Notes under the pieces: generated by a model
What the model was told of the DNA's origin: nothing
The model's input: only the letters and a program-made list of their open reading frames with translations
Databases searched by the model: none
In this document: positions 21,880-33,412 of the stretch, in pieces
Position numbering within the stretch: position 1 is the first letter of the stretch
How the letters are laid out: every line of letters begins with the position of its first letter
Program-made: the position numbers and the translations under genes
Source of the DNA: an uncultured Nitrososphaerales archaeon
GTDB lineage: Archaea > Thermoproteota > Nitrososphaeria > Nitrososphaerales > Nitrososphaeraceae
Direction: 5' to 3'
NCBI GenBank assembly: GCA_963695855.1
Contig: CAVOHZ010000003.1
Coordinates: 288,001 to 352,000 of the forward strand
Length of the DNA stretch: 64,000 nt

Positions 21880-22614
21880 CTATCGAGCATTATTCACACT
21901 ATTATATCTTTTTTCTTGTCCTATTGTTATTTCTTTTGATAATGATATAAGTATGACAGAAGCCAAAATTAATGCTATATTTGTTATAATGTTAGAAATT
22001 GTTTGTGGAAACAAGGATCCGCCTATGAGAGGAAAAACTATCGAAAAAAGAAACAAAACCCACCAGCGTTTAACATTAGAGTTCGAATCACTTAATGAGA
22101 ATTCTTTTGAAAGACCAGTAGCTTGGCTAAAAGTCCAAATTTCTTTCATAATATAATAAGGTTTCCAGAGATTAATAATAGGAAGGATACAATATGCTAC
22201 GGCCTTTATTGGTGAAGATTTCAGACCATGTACTTCTAATGAATAAAGATTGTTGTAAGATCTATAGAACCAATATAGAAAGATAATAGATATCGTTAGA
22301 AATACCATTGAATATAAGGCTCCGTACAAGTAGGTAAAATCTGAAGAAAAAATTGATACATGACCAGAGCCATTGGTCGTATGTGAATTTAGGCCAAGAT
22401 TGCCGTCTCCTGAAGTAGTCAATAAAATAATGCTCATTCCTATAGAAATCAGATTAAATAGTATACCAATACAAAGAACAATAGTTAAAAATAGAGAAAG
22501 TCTAGTAAGTGGAACATAGGAATGTAGTCTATCTGGATAGCTCATATTTATTCTTAAAAAAAACGGTAGATAAAAGCTTTTTAGAGTGAATGATGTTTGA
22601 AAAATAGCCAACAT
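21880..22614 (-). CDS. DUF4328-like membrane protein
   Basis: FLYWFYRSYNNL...SP..AV...LPIINLWKPY..MKEIW...WW; four TM segments. Confidence 0.75.
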   Translation of the reverse strand: MLAIFQTSFTLKSFYLPFFLRINMSYPDRLHSYVPLTRLSLFLTIVLCIGILFNLISIGMSIILLTTSGDGNLGLNSHTTNGSGHVSIFSSDFTYLYGALYSMVFLTISIIFLYWFYRSYNNLYSLEVHGLKSSPIKAVAYCILPIINLWKPYYIMKEIWTFSQATGLSKEFSLSDSNSNVKRWWVLFLFSIVFPLIGGSLFPQTISNIITNIALILASVILISLSKEITIGQEKRYNSVNNAR

Positions 22615-23246
22615 ATCCTAAGTATTCCTACTAAATTTATTTTTTCAACAATACTGAATTATTTTAATCGGATTAAAATAGTTAAATTTTATATTTTCAA
22701 ACCTTTAATAAAATGTGTGACCTATATGAAATTTGTAAAGTGTGAATGAATTTATAACTTTTCAAAGACTTAAACTGGCAAACGCATATATTAAAAACAA
22801 AATATGTTCTAAAGAAATATTTATAGACTTCATATCATCTGAAGGAATTTAAAAATGGTGTCTGCGATTTTTTTATTATATTTTCTACCTAAATGGATAT
22901 TTGAGTTGAACAATAAAAAAAATGACATAGAAATTGTCAAAAATATGAGATACTGCCGTGTGGGGGAGGTAAAAAAAACCGTAGATCTAATCCACCTAAA
23001 TCAAAGGATGGGAATAGAACTAATATCATCTAATTTCATATCTATAAGATAGAAACTAAATGAAATATTCGTTTCGAGTCTCATTTAGTATTAGAATAGT
23101 TCTAGTATGAGGAAAATCTAAACTTAATTTTTGAAAGCAAATGATGATCTGTTTATTTGAAATATAACGATGGTATAATATTCAACAATAGAATAGATCA
23201 AATTAAATAAGATGTATCTTAAATATCAATACAGAGTTCAGATAAT

Positions 23247-23507
23247 ATGAATAAAGCCGATAAATGTAAAATTCATAATACTGCATATAGAAATGGCAAA
23301 ACATTCGAGCAATGCAAACAGGATGCGGTTTCTTTTACTGAGCATTTATCTAAAGAAATTGAAACCAATCAGGAGATCTCATGGTCTAAAGTACTTGAAT
23401 ATGTAGATCATGATGAACTCATTTACAAATTAACTCTAAAATATCTTAGGCAGAAAGGGTATGACATTGGTAATAACAAAACACCCATAATAAAAAAGAG
23501 CAAGTAA
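23247..23507 (+). CDS. Hypothetical protein
   Basis: 86-aa ORF with ATG start and protein-like composition (DHDELIYKLTLKYLRQKGYDIG). Confidence 0.7.
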   Translation: MNKADKCKIHNTAYRNGKTFEQCKQDAVSFTEHLSKEIETNQEISWSKVLEYVDHDELIYKLTLKYLRQKGYDIGNNKTPIIKKSK

Positions 23508-23614
23508 AAAACGAATGGAAAAATCATAAAAGATGAATTACATCGTAGCAACAATAAAATAATAAAAGAAGTTGCTGGCTTGGTAACATTTTTATTCACC
23601 GGACATGAAAAATA

Positions 23615-23998
23615 TTAACGACCGCTTCCAGGTAAACCTATACCTTTAAAGGGTGATCGATATTCACTCTCTTTTATTATACCCTCTTTAGTAGTTACTT
23701 TAACGTCATCGATTTGGGTATCTGGTCTTGGGTAGAAAAAGAAAAATTCTCCTGGTTCGAGAATATTCATTTTCTGGATATCATTCTTTCCTAATATCAC
23801 CTCAATACCTGTTAATGGCTGCATACCAGTATTAGAAACCTTAACTCTGTAAAAAGTTCCTGAAATGTCAGTTTGATCTTTAATCGCATCTATTTCTAAC
23901 GCATAAGGGGGTTTATTTTGTTCCTTGTAAATAAGCAACAGAATGATTAAACAGGCTAATAAAATTGCCGATATAATGAGGTAATTGATTATTTTCAA
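23615..23998 (-). CDS. Membrane-anchored Ig-like hypothetical protein
   Basis: N-terminal TM helix; V.NTG..PLT.I and L.PGE pattern typical of Ig/CARDB-like domains. Confidence 0.7.
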   Translation of the reverse strand: MKIINYLIISAILLACLIILLLIYKEQNKPPYALEIDAIKDQTDISGTFYRVKVSNTGMQPLTGIEVILGKNDIQKMNILEPGEFFFFYPRPDTQIDDVKVTTKEGIIKESEYRSPFKGIGLPGSGR

Positions 23999-24200
23999 AT
24001 CCTAGAAAATATTAATTCCTAAAGAATATTTGAATTATTGCATTAGGCTCGGTAACAAGAAGAAATATTTTTACAAAATTCGAATTTAATATTCGTATCT
24101 TTTGCTTTTGTTCTATATATTATTTCTAATTAAATCATTTATTACATAGATAAAGAGAAGTTTATCAAATTATTTTTTTATTCGCAAGCATATATAATGT

Positions 24201-24386
24201 GTGGCAATGCAAGAATGCACGTGTAATAATTCTCATATCAATAAAGTAATGGAAGTTTTCAAAGTATCAAGCCACTTGACTATATTAAAATGTACCAAGT
24301 GTGGGGGAGGTATTGGCGAATGGATAGATAAAGTTTCCCTATCCAAAAGATCATATGACGAAGATACTCGACAATTATTAAGATGA
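24201..24386 (+). CDS. Small zinc-ribbon protein
   Basis: CTC...H and CTKCGG motifs. Confidence 0.55.
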   Translation: MAMQECTCNNSHINKVMEVFKVSSHLTILKCTKCGGGIGEWIDKVSLSKRSYDEDTRQLLR

Positions 24387-24663
24387 TCGTTTTTGAAAAT
24401 TAATAAATAATATCAAATTATAAATATGAGATTTTAAATAAAATTAAAAATTAGAACAAATTAGTCTATTTATAGAATAATTGAATACAATATACGGAAT
24501 AGTTTTTGAAACAGTTTAAATTTCCCTATCGATAATTGCTTACCACTACCAACTCAAATATTATCATATCATGGGTTTGAATGAATTGCTTTGCATAAAT
24601 TCTGTATTTCTAAAAAAAATGGTTATAAAAATAAGTGAAAGAAAATAGCGGAAAAGATTTTTG

Positions 24664-24972
24664 TCAAGTTATTCCTGTAAAACGTTCCTCTATCTCATTT
24701 AAACGAAAAGAATATCCATCTATTTTTCGGAGATCAGAAAAATCAGAATCTGTTTTTACCTTGTCAAAAAAAGAGAAAACTTCTTCATTCTTTACTCCAT
24801 GTTTCAAATCATATCTGATTCGATTACATACTTTGTTCACTCCACCGTATCTTTTGTGCAACATCCTCTGATATCGGGTTGGATTTTCAGGAAGGCCGGT
24901 TAAATATTTTACAATAGTATTTTGCATGTTTTTGACATGCCAATCACTCATTGGATATCGGTTTGGATTCAA
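24664..24972 (-). CDS. Hypothetical protein
   Basis: 102-aa ORF (YPMSDWH...IRYDLKHGV) with protein-like composition. Confidence 0.7.
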   Translation of the reverse strand: MNPNRYPMSDWHVKNMQNTIVKYLTGLPENPTRYQRMLHKRYGGVNKVCNRIRYDLKHGVKNEEVFSFFDKVKTDSDFSDLRKIDGYSFRLNEIEERFTGIT

Positions 24973-25218
24973 AATGATCGTATTACTATATGATTAGGGC
25001 ATATATAATGAGACCTTTTTTCGTTTTATACGCCAAAAAAGATTTTGGAACAGATTCAGGCAAATAATCAATAAAAGAATTAACGTAAGTTGATAAAAAG
25101 CTAATTTTTTTCAAAAAATGTAATAGCTTTGAAGAAAATAGGAGTAGATTATTAATAACAGATATGGCATAATATTATCTATTTCCAGAGAGTAACCGGT
25201 TTTTTTAAAAAGTGAAGG

Positions 25219-25668
25219 TTGAAATATCTCAAATATTTATTATCATTAACTTTGAAAAATCTAAGTTTGAGAACAGAGTTCTTTGTTAGAAGTAATGAAG
25301 GATCATATGGCGGAGGAGGTTCCAACCGTAGTTATGGTAACCGCAGTTTTTCTCCATATAGAAGATATCCCCCTGCTCCAGTTGAAATAGATCAAGAGTA
25401 CGACGTAAAAATTGAAGCAATGAGTAGACAAGGCAATGCAGGCATTGCAAGAATCCAAGGTTTAGTTATTTTTGTAGATGGAACTAAAGTCGACGATAGT
25501 GTAAGAATAAAAATTAAAAAGATAGGTAGAGGACATGCTATAGGAGAAATAGTAAGTCCAGCATCAGAACAGAATACAGAAAGTCCAGCATCAGAACAGA
25601 ATACAGAAAGTCCAGCATCAGAACAGAATACAGAAAGTCCAGCATCAGAACAGAATACAGAACAATAA
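25219..25668 (+). CDS. TRAM-domain RNA-binding protein with Gly/Arg-rich N-terminus and repeat tail (start probably further downstream)
   Basis: APVEIDQEYDVKIEAMSRQGNAGIARIQGLVIFV...D.V.IKI. Confidence 0.88.
   Translation: MKYLKYLLSLTLKNLSLRTEFFVRSNEGSYGGGGSNRSYGNRSFSPYRRYPPAPVEIDQEYDVKIEAMSRQGNAGIARIQGLVIFVDGTKVDDSVRIKIKKIGRGHAIGEIVSPASEQNTESPASEQNTESPASEQNTESPASEQNTEQ
25555..25662 (+). repeat. 27-bp tandem repeat x4 encoding SPASEQNTE
   Basis: Unit agtccagcatcagaacagaatacagaa. Confidence 0.95.
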
Positions 25669-25910
25669 GAAGGGTAAGATTTTTTCCTTTTATCCTATTA
25701 ATTCAATTTTTATTTTATTAGAAATATAAAGTGGAGAAACAAATAATAGATATCTAAATATCATGTGGTAACCATTCGAACATTCTTATTTCACAAATTA
25801 ATTAGTCTAGGGTACCTTCTAGAATTGGTTACCAGTTATAAGTACGATCGAATGTATTAAAAAGATGATATTTGGATTCTATACTTTCAATTTGCAGACA
25901 AGTGTAGATT

Positions 25911-25955
25911 ATATTGAAATATTGAAATATTGAAATATTGAAATATTGAAATATT
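25911..25955 (+). repeat. Intergenic 8-bp tandem repeat (atattgaa) x5
   Basis: Directly visible. Confidence 0.9.
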
Positions 25956-26104
25956 ATATTATTTAAATGCCATATTTAATCACACAAATACAAATTTAAA
26001 TTATTAAAATTTTACTTTTGACAAAGGTATATTCTATAAATATATGAGAATTTCAGAAGCTATCAAAGAGATGAGTTATATATGTTATTGTAGGTCTAGC
26101 AATC

Positions 26105-26344
26105 TTGGGTATGTTGGCAATAATATTATGGTTTACAAATATGCCTGAGACAATTGAAGATACCGATATTCAGATAATTATTGCATTAGGAATTGGATTA
26201 TTAATAATGGTACTAGACAAACGGCAAGATCTTCACTTTCATGAAATTATTCAAAACCAAAATAAAATGATATCAGAAATCCACGTCACAATGATGCAAG
26301 AAAAAGTAGTAGTCGAAGAAATTAGAAAAATTCTGGACAAATAA
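26105..26344 (+). CDS. Small two-TM membrane protein with coiled-coil tail (5' end possibly frameshifted from the ATG at 26044)
   Basis: Hydrophobic segments; the frame extends upstream as YVIVGLAILG. Confidence 0.55.
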   Translation: MGMLAIILWFTNMPETIEDTDIQIIIALGIGLLIMVLDKRQDLHFHEIIQNQNKMISEIHVTMMQEKVVVEEIRKILDK

Positions 26345-26850
26345 AATCCTTCATGAGCTAGGAAAATAAAATAGTTCTATTGGATGCATTGATTTTTTAT
26401 AAATTGTTCCAATATCTTATCTTTTTTAATCCAAGTTTTCTTTTTGCTCTTTTTGTACATAGATTATATTCTTTTTTAGAAATAAAATTTATGCAACATA
26501 TAAATAAATGTCGTAAAATTCTACGTTTCTAATCATAATCAACATAAAGAAAACTAATTTGTTAGAATATCCAATGATCTGAATTGTATGTGCTGTTTTG
26601 TCTTTGAAATCTCTTTCAGATTGCTTGCAAAAGAACTGTTGGTATGACTGGCAGTTACTATCCTATTCTGCGTTATAAGACTGACAACTTCGACATATTA
26701 TATTCTTCCCTCTAACCTCTCGAACTATGCATGAACACCATCTTTCATCAGAAACAGATTAGGTTAAAATAAACATATCTAGAACGTGTCTAATATACCT
26801 TTAAGCATGACCGAAACATTCGTAAATAAGAGCGGGCACCATTTATTTAT

Positions 26851-27354
26851 TCATTCATATTGTTGCTGATTTTTTAGAGACGTTTGTAGCTTTGAGAGTG
26901 ATTTTCTACATTCTTTTTCCATTTCCTCTGGAGACATATCTATTTTATGAGTAGCTATCGACCAAATATGACCATAGGGGTCTTTTAGCTGTCCACATCT
27001 GTCCCCCCAAGGTGCGTCCATTACATGTACGATCTCCTGTGCACCTGCTAATAATGCCTGACTAAATACTTTATCTGCATCAAGAACGTAAACATATAAA
27101 GATACAGCACTTCCACCAATAGATAACGGAGAGTAACAGCCCATGTCAGGAAATTCGTCAGACAATATAATTATAGAATCACCAAGTTTTAACTCTGCAT
27201 ACATTATTCTTTTTCCATCCGGTGCATAATTTCTAAAGCTTTCAACCATATTGAACGCTCGTTTGTAGAATTCTATAGCTTCATTCCCATTTTTTACGAC
27301 CAAACATGGAGTTACTGTATGATAACCCTCTCGGATAGGGCTAACCTCTATCAT
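26851..27354 (-). CDS. VOC/glyoxalase (PhnB-like) family protein
   Basis: GYHTVTPCL...AIEFYKRAF...AELKLGDS...WGDR.GQLKDPYGHIWSI. Confidence 0.92.
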   Translation of the reverse strand: MIEVSPIREGYHTVTPCLVVKNGNEAIEFYKRAFNMVESFRNYAPDGKRIMYAELKLGDSIIILSDEFPDMGCYSPLSIGGSAVSLYVYVLDADKVFSQALLAGAQEIVHVMDAPWGDRCGQLKDPYGHIWSIATHKIDMSPEEMEKECRKSLSKLQTSLKNQQQYE

Positions 27355-28781
27355 CTTATAATATATAATAGCTAAAGTAATATTTAAGAGAATATACGAA
27401 TTGAAAGATAATTGTAATTAATAGTCGAGAGAGAGTATTACTGCTACACCCAAATAATAGAAATAATTTGTACCAACATAGCACTACATAGTTATAAAAA
27501 CAGGCAGAAGTGCGCGTTAAGTTTTATTCATCTTCTTATTGAAAATCTTTTTTTGGGACAACCTGAAAAAAATATTACTCAGATTACATTGAGATGTACT
27601 ATTTCTTAAATTGAGTGTCATTTATAAGAGATCTACTTAGTAGTTATTTCGGAAGTCAGATGATATTAATTATATTGATCTTCCTTAATATTTAGTAATT
27701 TTTATATTTGAACAACAAACTACAAATACAATTATGTTATTAAAACAAAGTTTCCATCAAAATATATTCAAAATCCCTTCAAATTAATCGTACCCATTAA
27801 AACTTAACCTTTCACTTGATGTTCAGATTATTGCAATAATTTACCTGTTATTGTATTATTAAAGGTAGCATCTTTCTATTACTGATTATCTTTCTGAGCA
27901 TCACTAAAAGTGATCGTGTGTCCATGAGTCGATCTGTGTAAAGTTGTTAAAACCAATAGATAAAAGTTATTTTGATTGATCTGTTTAACTATTAGTTCAT
28001 CGATATTACCTGTTCTGAATTTATATGAGAATTTGTTTTTACATTCCGAATCCTCACACTTCTTTATTTTCCGTTCTCCTTTTCACATCTTCTTTAACTT
28101 TCAAAGTTTTACCTTCAATTTCTAATGTTTTATTTTCATCATCTAAGGATACATTTTCAGATTTTCCTGAATCTCCTGATAAACGTAAAAAGACAATTCT
28201 GCTCCTCTGAAAGAGAAAGAGATATTGCAAAGTTAACTGCTTTGCAACATCCTTTCCATCATTAGTAATTAATGGTTTTTAAAGATGAAATACTAGCTCT
28301 TGAAATTGAACAACTTTTCAATTCATTAAAATCATCTACTTATTCTATTTCGGTGGTAACTCTCCCATCTGGATTTATAATAATACATCACCATACCTTA
28401 TATGTATAAAAAGAATAATGTAAAATTTATAATTAGTAATCCTGTGCATAAACAAATATATGCTTTTTCTAAAAAAAATAATGATTTAAAATTATTCAAC
28501 AAGGAACGATCCAAATATTCACATATGTCAATTATACAAAGTAATTGGATAATTCTGAAATCCTGATAAGACATATCACTAAAAGGAAGTGGAACATAAA
28601 ATAATTAAAGGCGATCGGCTTTTCAGTATCTTTTATTTTATAATCATTTTCTCGTTTTATATTTTATATTTATTTATAATTGTATTTTAATCTATATGTT
28701 ATTTTGTAACAAATAGTTGTCGTTACATATTAAAATCTTAAATGCTAAAAAAAGTATCTTGTTTGAAATTTTCAAAAAAAA

Positions 28782-30809
28782 TTATCCTGTGGTCGTTTCA
28801 ACATTATATTGATCAAATGTGAATTTTCTTTTTCGACCAAAAGGCTTGAAAGGATTTCCGTTACCATGATAAAATTTTGAAAAGAATTCAACATAAATCA
28901 ACCTAGCCCCCTGAATGCCTGGTTCGAATACACCAAGGATGATATTAAAAATGTGACCTATAAAGAAGATTGATATTCCTAGAATAACATGGGGAAGTGG
29001 GTTATCTATGGTTCTAAGAAAAATATGATCAATTACGTCAGCGAGTATAATTGACGCAAGCATTATTCCTACAATTCTAGTATAGGAAAGTATATGACTA
29101 ATTATGGAAGGTAATTCCATCAGAGCCCGAACACCTTCACCGTAAAACATCAATCCTAACCCCCCAAGTATCAGCGCAAAATAAACAGCTCCCGTGATAC
29201 TACCTGTTGGGCTTATATTTTGATGTGCTATGAGTGCCAATCCTAAAAGAGATATTCCCCAGCCAAACGCAAGCCATCCAATTTTGCCGATTGCATGTTT
29301 TTTCTGTCCTTCCCTTAGAGCATTTAGTATTCCCAGTACAAGCCCAAATGAAACCATACCCAGACCTATATACCCACTTATTAGCAATAATTTACGTAGT
29401 CCAAATGTACTAATCGGGTCGAGCAGCGCACCGTCAGGTGGCAAACTGAATCCAAATGTTTCATTTAGAAATGAGAACAGGTATTGATTTAAGTGAAATC
29501 CAAAATAAAGATTGAAACAGAATCCAAGTATAATTGTAAAAATACATCCAGGAATTATTGCCTTGGCTAGCTTCACCATTTGTGTAGGTCTTAAGATTGT
29601 CATTGCAAATTTCCGTAAAAATTTTGGCATTATAGTAAGATTACGCTTACCACCTTCTACCCTTCTTATGACCCATTTAGAGACAAGTAATATAACTATA
29701 CCGTATCCTACGTCACCTATCATCATACCATAAAAAAATGGAAAAATGAAGGCGAACATCACCGTTGGATCGAACTCTTTACCAGAAGGCAAAGAGTAAA
29801 ACCTAATAAATGATTGATAAACTTTCAATTTTTTTGGGGTGGCCTGAAGAGTTGGAGGATTCTCTTTACTCTCCAAATCACACAAAATTGTTCCCTCAGT
29901 ATGTTTTTTAAAAGCTGTTTTTAGGTTTTCTATTTTTGGCTTTGGGACCCATCCTTCCAACGCAAAAGCATCTTCTGTTACTCCTAGATGATCAATGATC
30001 TCTAGTTTTCTATTTTCTATCTCAAGTTGTTCTTCTGCACCCTTCAGAAATTTGTAATGCATTCTGGAAATTTCAGTCATCTGATTATCAATTTGATTTA
30101 ATTTTGATGATAGAGTATTGCTAATATTTTTCTGATTTTGAATAATAATTTCTGGTTTGCCTTTAAGTTTTGGAACGGCCTCTAAATTTACATTATGTGA
30201 ATTAACCGCTGATGCCAAGGAAGCCGATCTAAAGGTTGGAGTAGTAATAAGAACAAAATGTGTTATTTTGCCAGCCTCTTTAGGAATTATAATGATGTCC
30301 GGACTTTCAGATTGTAATTCCTTCCTAAATTCTGGAAATTTATCAGAGGCAACACGTCCAAAGTACGAACGGGCGAAGGATAGATTTAAAATATCGAAAT
30401 CTTCATGAAAGAAAGAAAACTCTTCAACCAGTTTGATATTGTTCTCTGCCTCTCTTTTCTGTGTAGTCAGATTATCCTTTTCCCTTTGCAGAGACGCAAT
30501 TTTACTATCAATATCAAGAGACTTTAATGTCGAAATCAATTCATTTAATGACAAAAATCCAGATTTCCCGACTATTTTTGTTGGTGGAAGAGAGCCAAGT
30601 AATCCTTTAATCCTCAGTAGTTGATCAGAAATTTCATTATGAAATTCACTTTCACGTTCTCTAGCAAGAAAGGATTCTGTTGTTTTTGAAAGAGGTTCGA
30701 GGTGTATTACATTCATTTCATGTAAGATTGTAAGAATTTGTTGTCTAAATTTTTTTAGCCCTACTATAGCTACTCGAACCATAGGAACTGGTTTAAGTAT
30801 CGTAGACAT
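28782..30809 (-). CDS. atpI: A/V-type ATP synthase subunit I (a)
   Basis: EGWVP, PPT, E.DPT, FFYGMMIGDVGYG, SHILSYTRI, RLIYVEFFSKFY.G.G.PFKPFG. Confidence 0.97.
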   Translation of the reverse strand: MSTILKPVPMVRVAIVGLKKFRQQILTILHEMNVIHLEPLSKTTESFLARERESEFHNEISDQLLRIKGLLGSLPPTKIVGKSGFLSLNELISTLKSLDIDSKIASLQREKDNLTTQKREAENNIKLVEEFSFFHEDFDILNLSFARSYFGRVASDKFPEFRKELQSESPDIIIIPKEAGKITHFVLITTPTFRSASLASAVNSHNVNLEAVPKLKGKPEIIIQNQKNISNTLSSKLNQIDNQMTEISRMHYKFLKGAEEQLEIENRKLEIIDHLGVTEDAFALEGWVPKPKIENLKTAFKKHTEGTILCDLESKENPPTLQATPKKLKVYQSFIRFYSLPSGKEFDPTVMFAFIFPFFYGMMIGDVGYGIVILLVSKWVIRRVEGGKRNLTIMPKFLRKFAMTILRPTQMVKLAKAIIPGCIFTIILGFCFNLYFGFHLNQYLFSFLNETFGFSLPPDGALLDPISTFGLRKLLLISGYIGLGMVSFGLVLGILNALREGQKKHAIGKIGWLAFGWGISLLGLALIAHQNISPTGSITGAVYFALILGGLGLMFYGEGVRALMELPSIISHILSYTRIVGIMLASIILADVIDHIFLRTIDNPLPHVILGISIFFIGHIFNIILGVFEPGIQGARLIYVEFFSKFYHGNGNPFKPFGRKRKFTFDQYNVETTTG

Positions 30810-30827
30810 GTTATTCTCTCATCCTAT

Positions 30828-31154
30828 TCACATCTTAGAAAGCAGGATTTCTATTATATTCATTATATTTTGTTTGTCAGAATTGAAAGAGATGGATTTG
30901 GATTTTTTTTCTGCATCCGCAAGAATCTGCTCAGCCTCTTTAGAAGCTTCCTGCTTAGCATGTTTAACACTTTCTTCAACCATTTTTTTTCCTTCTATTT
31001 TTGTTTCAGAGATAACGTTTTCTAGCTCGTCTTGTAAATTTTTAACATCTTGCTCAATAGAAACCCTATGTTTTTCAATTTCTACCTGTACTTGATCTTC
31101 CTTTTCTTTAATTCGCTTTAGTATAGATATATAATCTTGCGGAGAATCTGACAT
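30828..31154 (-). CDS. atpH: A/V-type ATP synthase subunit H (G)
   Basis: Coiled-coil EA...A..EAE.I pattern; operon position. Confidence 0.85.
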   Translation of the reverse strand: MSDSPQDYISILKRIKEKEDQVQVEIEKHRVSIEQDVKNLQDELENVISETKIEGKKMVEESVKHAKQEASKEAEQILADAEKKSKSISFNSDKQNIMNIIEILLSKM

Positions 31155-31330
31155 ATTTTTAAGCTCCTAAAAATTGTTTACCTATAAAGAATAACAAAAC
31201 TGTTGTTCCTATGATATTTCCAATCTTAAAGGCTCTTCCAATGATATAAAATTTTTTTTGCTTGTCGTTTGCAAAATTTCCTTTAGTGTTATTATTTTTA
31301 TTATTGTCTTTATCCTTATTATTATAACTA

Positions 31331-31996
31331 TTATGCATGAATCTCTATTTCCTCCTTCTTTCGAATCATTTCTTCTCTTTCTCCCATTTTCCTCTTTACA
31401 GTTTTCAACATAATGAATGTATCCCGTTCGATCTCATCAAGTCTAAAAGTAATGAATTTCACTGCAGCTAACAGTCTAGGAATCAAGATATTTTCTATTG
31501 CATTATATTTGCGCTTTGTTCTCTCTATTTCATAAAGCAATTTCCTCAATGCAGTTTCTTTCTCTGCTACCTCTAAAACTATTTTATGAACCTTTTGGTA
31601 GGTTCTTAATGCTTCGTTGATAGATGCCGGGAGTTCAAGTAAATGTTCAGCAAGTAATTCTCTTTCCCCACCAGTAATTTTGGGGATGTGAACGCCCATT
31701 ATACTCTTTGATTCTATCTGTAAATTTCTCATTTGCGATATTTTCATCGCCTCATTTTCGAGTTGCATTGTACCAGCCAGCATCTCAGCCATTCTGATAC
31801 TTTCATAGCCTTTTATCAGTTCAGACTGTAAACTACCTCTTAAAGCCGCTGCAGTCTTGCTTGTATTAAAGAATTCAAGAATTAAAGCTTGACGTTTTAG
31901 TTTTAGGAGATTCAAGCCTTTCTTTGCAATCAAAATTCGACGTTTTGTACGTATATATTCAAGGCGAGTTGGTCTAATATCACTAGCGACGGCCAT
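31331..31996 (-). CDS. atpD: A/V-type ATP synthase subunit D
   Basis: PTRLE...AKKGLNLLKLKRQAL; EIERTKRKYNAIENILIP. Confidence 0.96.
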   Translation of the reverse strand: MAVASDIRPTRLEYIRTKRRILIAKKGLNLLKLKRQALILEFFNTSKTAAALRGSLQSELIKGYESIRMAEMLAGTMQLENEAMKISQMRNLQIESKSIMGVHIPKITGGERELLAEHLLELPASINEALRTYQKVHKIVLEVAEKETALRKLLYEIERTKRKYNAIENILIPRLLAAVKFITFRLDEIERDTFIMLKTVKRKMGEREEMIRKKEEIEIHA

Positions 31997-32006
31997 TATT
32001 CACCAA

Positions 32007-33410
32007 TCATGCTCCTTCTGTCCCTGTTTCTACAAGAGCCTTCTTTCTATATTTTGTAATAAATTCCGACTTTATACGTTTCAATTCGGATTCTGGCAGA
32101 TCACTTAAGAGGTCCCACCCAATATCTAGCGTCTGTTCAATCGATCTATTTTCATTTACTCCCTGATTTACGAATTTACGTTCAAAATTATTAGCAATTT
32201 TAACAAATTTTCTATCAGTATCACTTAATGCTTCCTCTCCGACTATTGCGGCCAATCCCCTAGCATCTTTTCCTTGGGCATATGTTGCATAGAGCTGATC
32301 AGCTAGATTTCTGTGATCTTCCCTTGTTCTACCACTACCGATCCCCTGATTCATTAATCTTGAGAGACTTGTTAGTACATCAACTGGAGGTTGAATATTC
32401 AATCTGTTCAGATCTCTACTCAAAACTATCTGACCTTCTGTAATATATCCAGTAAGATCGGGTATAGGATGTGTAATATCATCTGCTGGCATAGCAAGAA
32501 TTGGAATTTGGGTAACAGAACCCTTTCTACCTTTAATTTTTCCTGCACGTTCATAAATTGAGGACAGATCTGTATACATATAACCCGGGTATCCCCTTCT
32601 TCCAGGGACCTCTTCACGTGCTGCGGAAATTTCCCTTAGAGCTTCACAATAATTGGTCATGTCTGTGAGTATAACTAACACATGCATCTCGCGCTCATAG
32701 GCAAGAAATTCTGCTGTTGTTAGGGCAAGTCTTGGAGTAAGTATACGTTCCATTGAAGGATCAGATGATAGATTTAGGAAAAGAACACTTCTACCAAGTG
32801 CTCCACTTTCTTCAAACTGATTCACAAAGAAATTAGCTTCTTCACTTGTAATACCCATTGCAGCAAATACTACAGAAAAATTTTCTGAGGTTCCAAGAAC
32901 TTTGGCTTGTCTAGCAATCTGTGTTGCTAGTAAATTATGTGGTAAGCCAGCACCGGAAAAAATAGGAAGTTTCTGTCCTCTGACAAGAGTATTCATCCCA
33001 TCTATGTTAGACATGCCTGTCTGGATAAATTCAGATGGTTCTTCTCTAGAATAGGGATTTATTCCAGAACCTACCAAATCAAATTTTTGTTTAGATATAA
33101 TTTTCGGTCCATTATCTCTTGGTTTTCCCAATCCGTCAAAAGTTCTTCCGAGCATTTCGTCAGATACGGAAATCATGGCGGTTTCACCCAAGAATTTTGT
33201 TGAAGTTCCGCTAGTAGAAAGTCCATATGTTGCTCCAAATACTTGAACAACTGCCAAGCCTTGTTTTGTATCAAGTACTTGTCCTAAACGACGTTCTCCA
33301 TCTGCTAACTTTATCTCCACCATCTCTCCGTAGGCTGCATTATCAACACCTTCAACAAAAATCAAAGGACCAGCTATCTTGGATAACGTTTTAAACGCTA
33401 CATTAGACAT
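32007..33410 (-). CDS. atpB: A/V-type ATP synthase subunit B
   Basis: [18 protein letters not shown]; [18 protein letters not shown]; [14 protein letters not shown]. Confidence 0.98.
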   Translation of the reverse strand: MSNVAFKTLSKIAGPLIFVEGVDNAAYGEMVEIKLADGERRLGQVLDTKQGLAVVQVFGATYGLSTSGTSTKFLGETAMISVSDEMLGRTFDGLGKPRDNGPKIISKQKFDLVGSGINPYSREEPSEFIQTGMSNIDGMNTLVRGQKLPIFSGAGLPHNLLATQIARQAKVLGTSENFSVVFAAMGITSEEANFFVNQFEESGALGRSVLFLNLSSDPSMERILTPRLALTTAEFLAYEREMHVLVILTDMTNYCEALREISAAREEVPGRRGYPGYMYTDLSSIYERAGKIKGRKGSVTQIPILAMPADDITHPIPDLTGYITEGQIVLSRDLNRLNIQPPVDVLTSLSRLMNQGIGSGRTREDHRNLADQLYATYAQGKDARGLAAIVGEEALSDTDRKFVKIANNFERKFVNQGVNENRSIEQTLDIGWDLLSDLPESELKRIKSEFITKYRKKALVETGTEGA

Positions 33411-33412
33411 TT

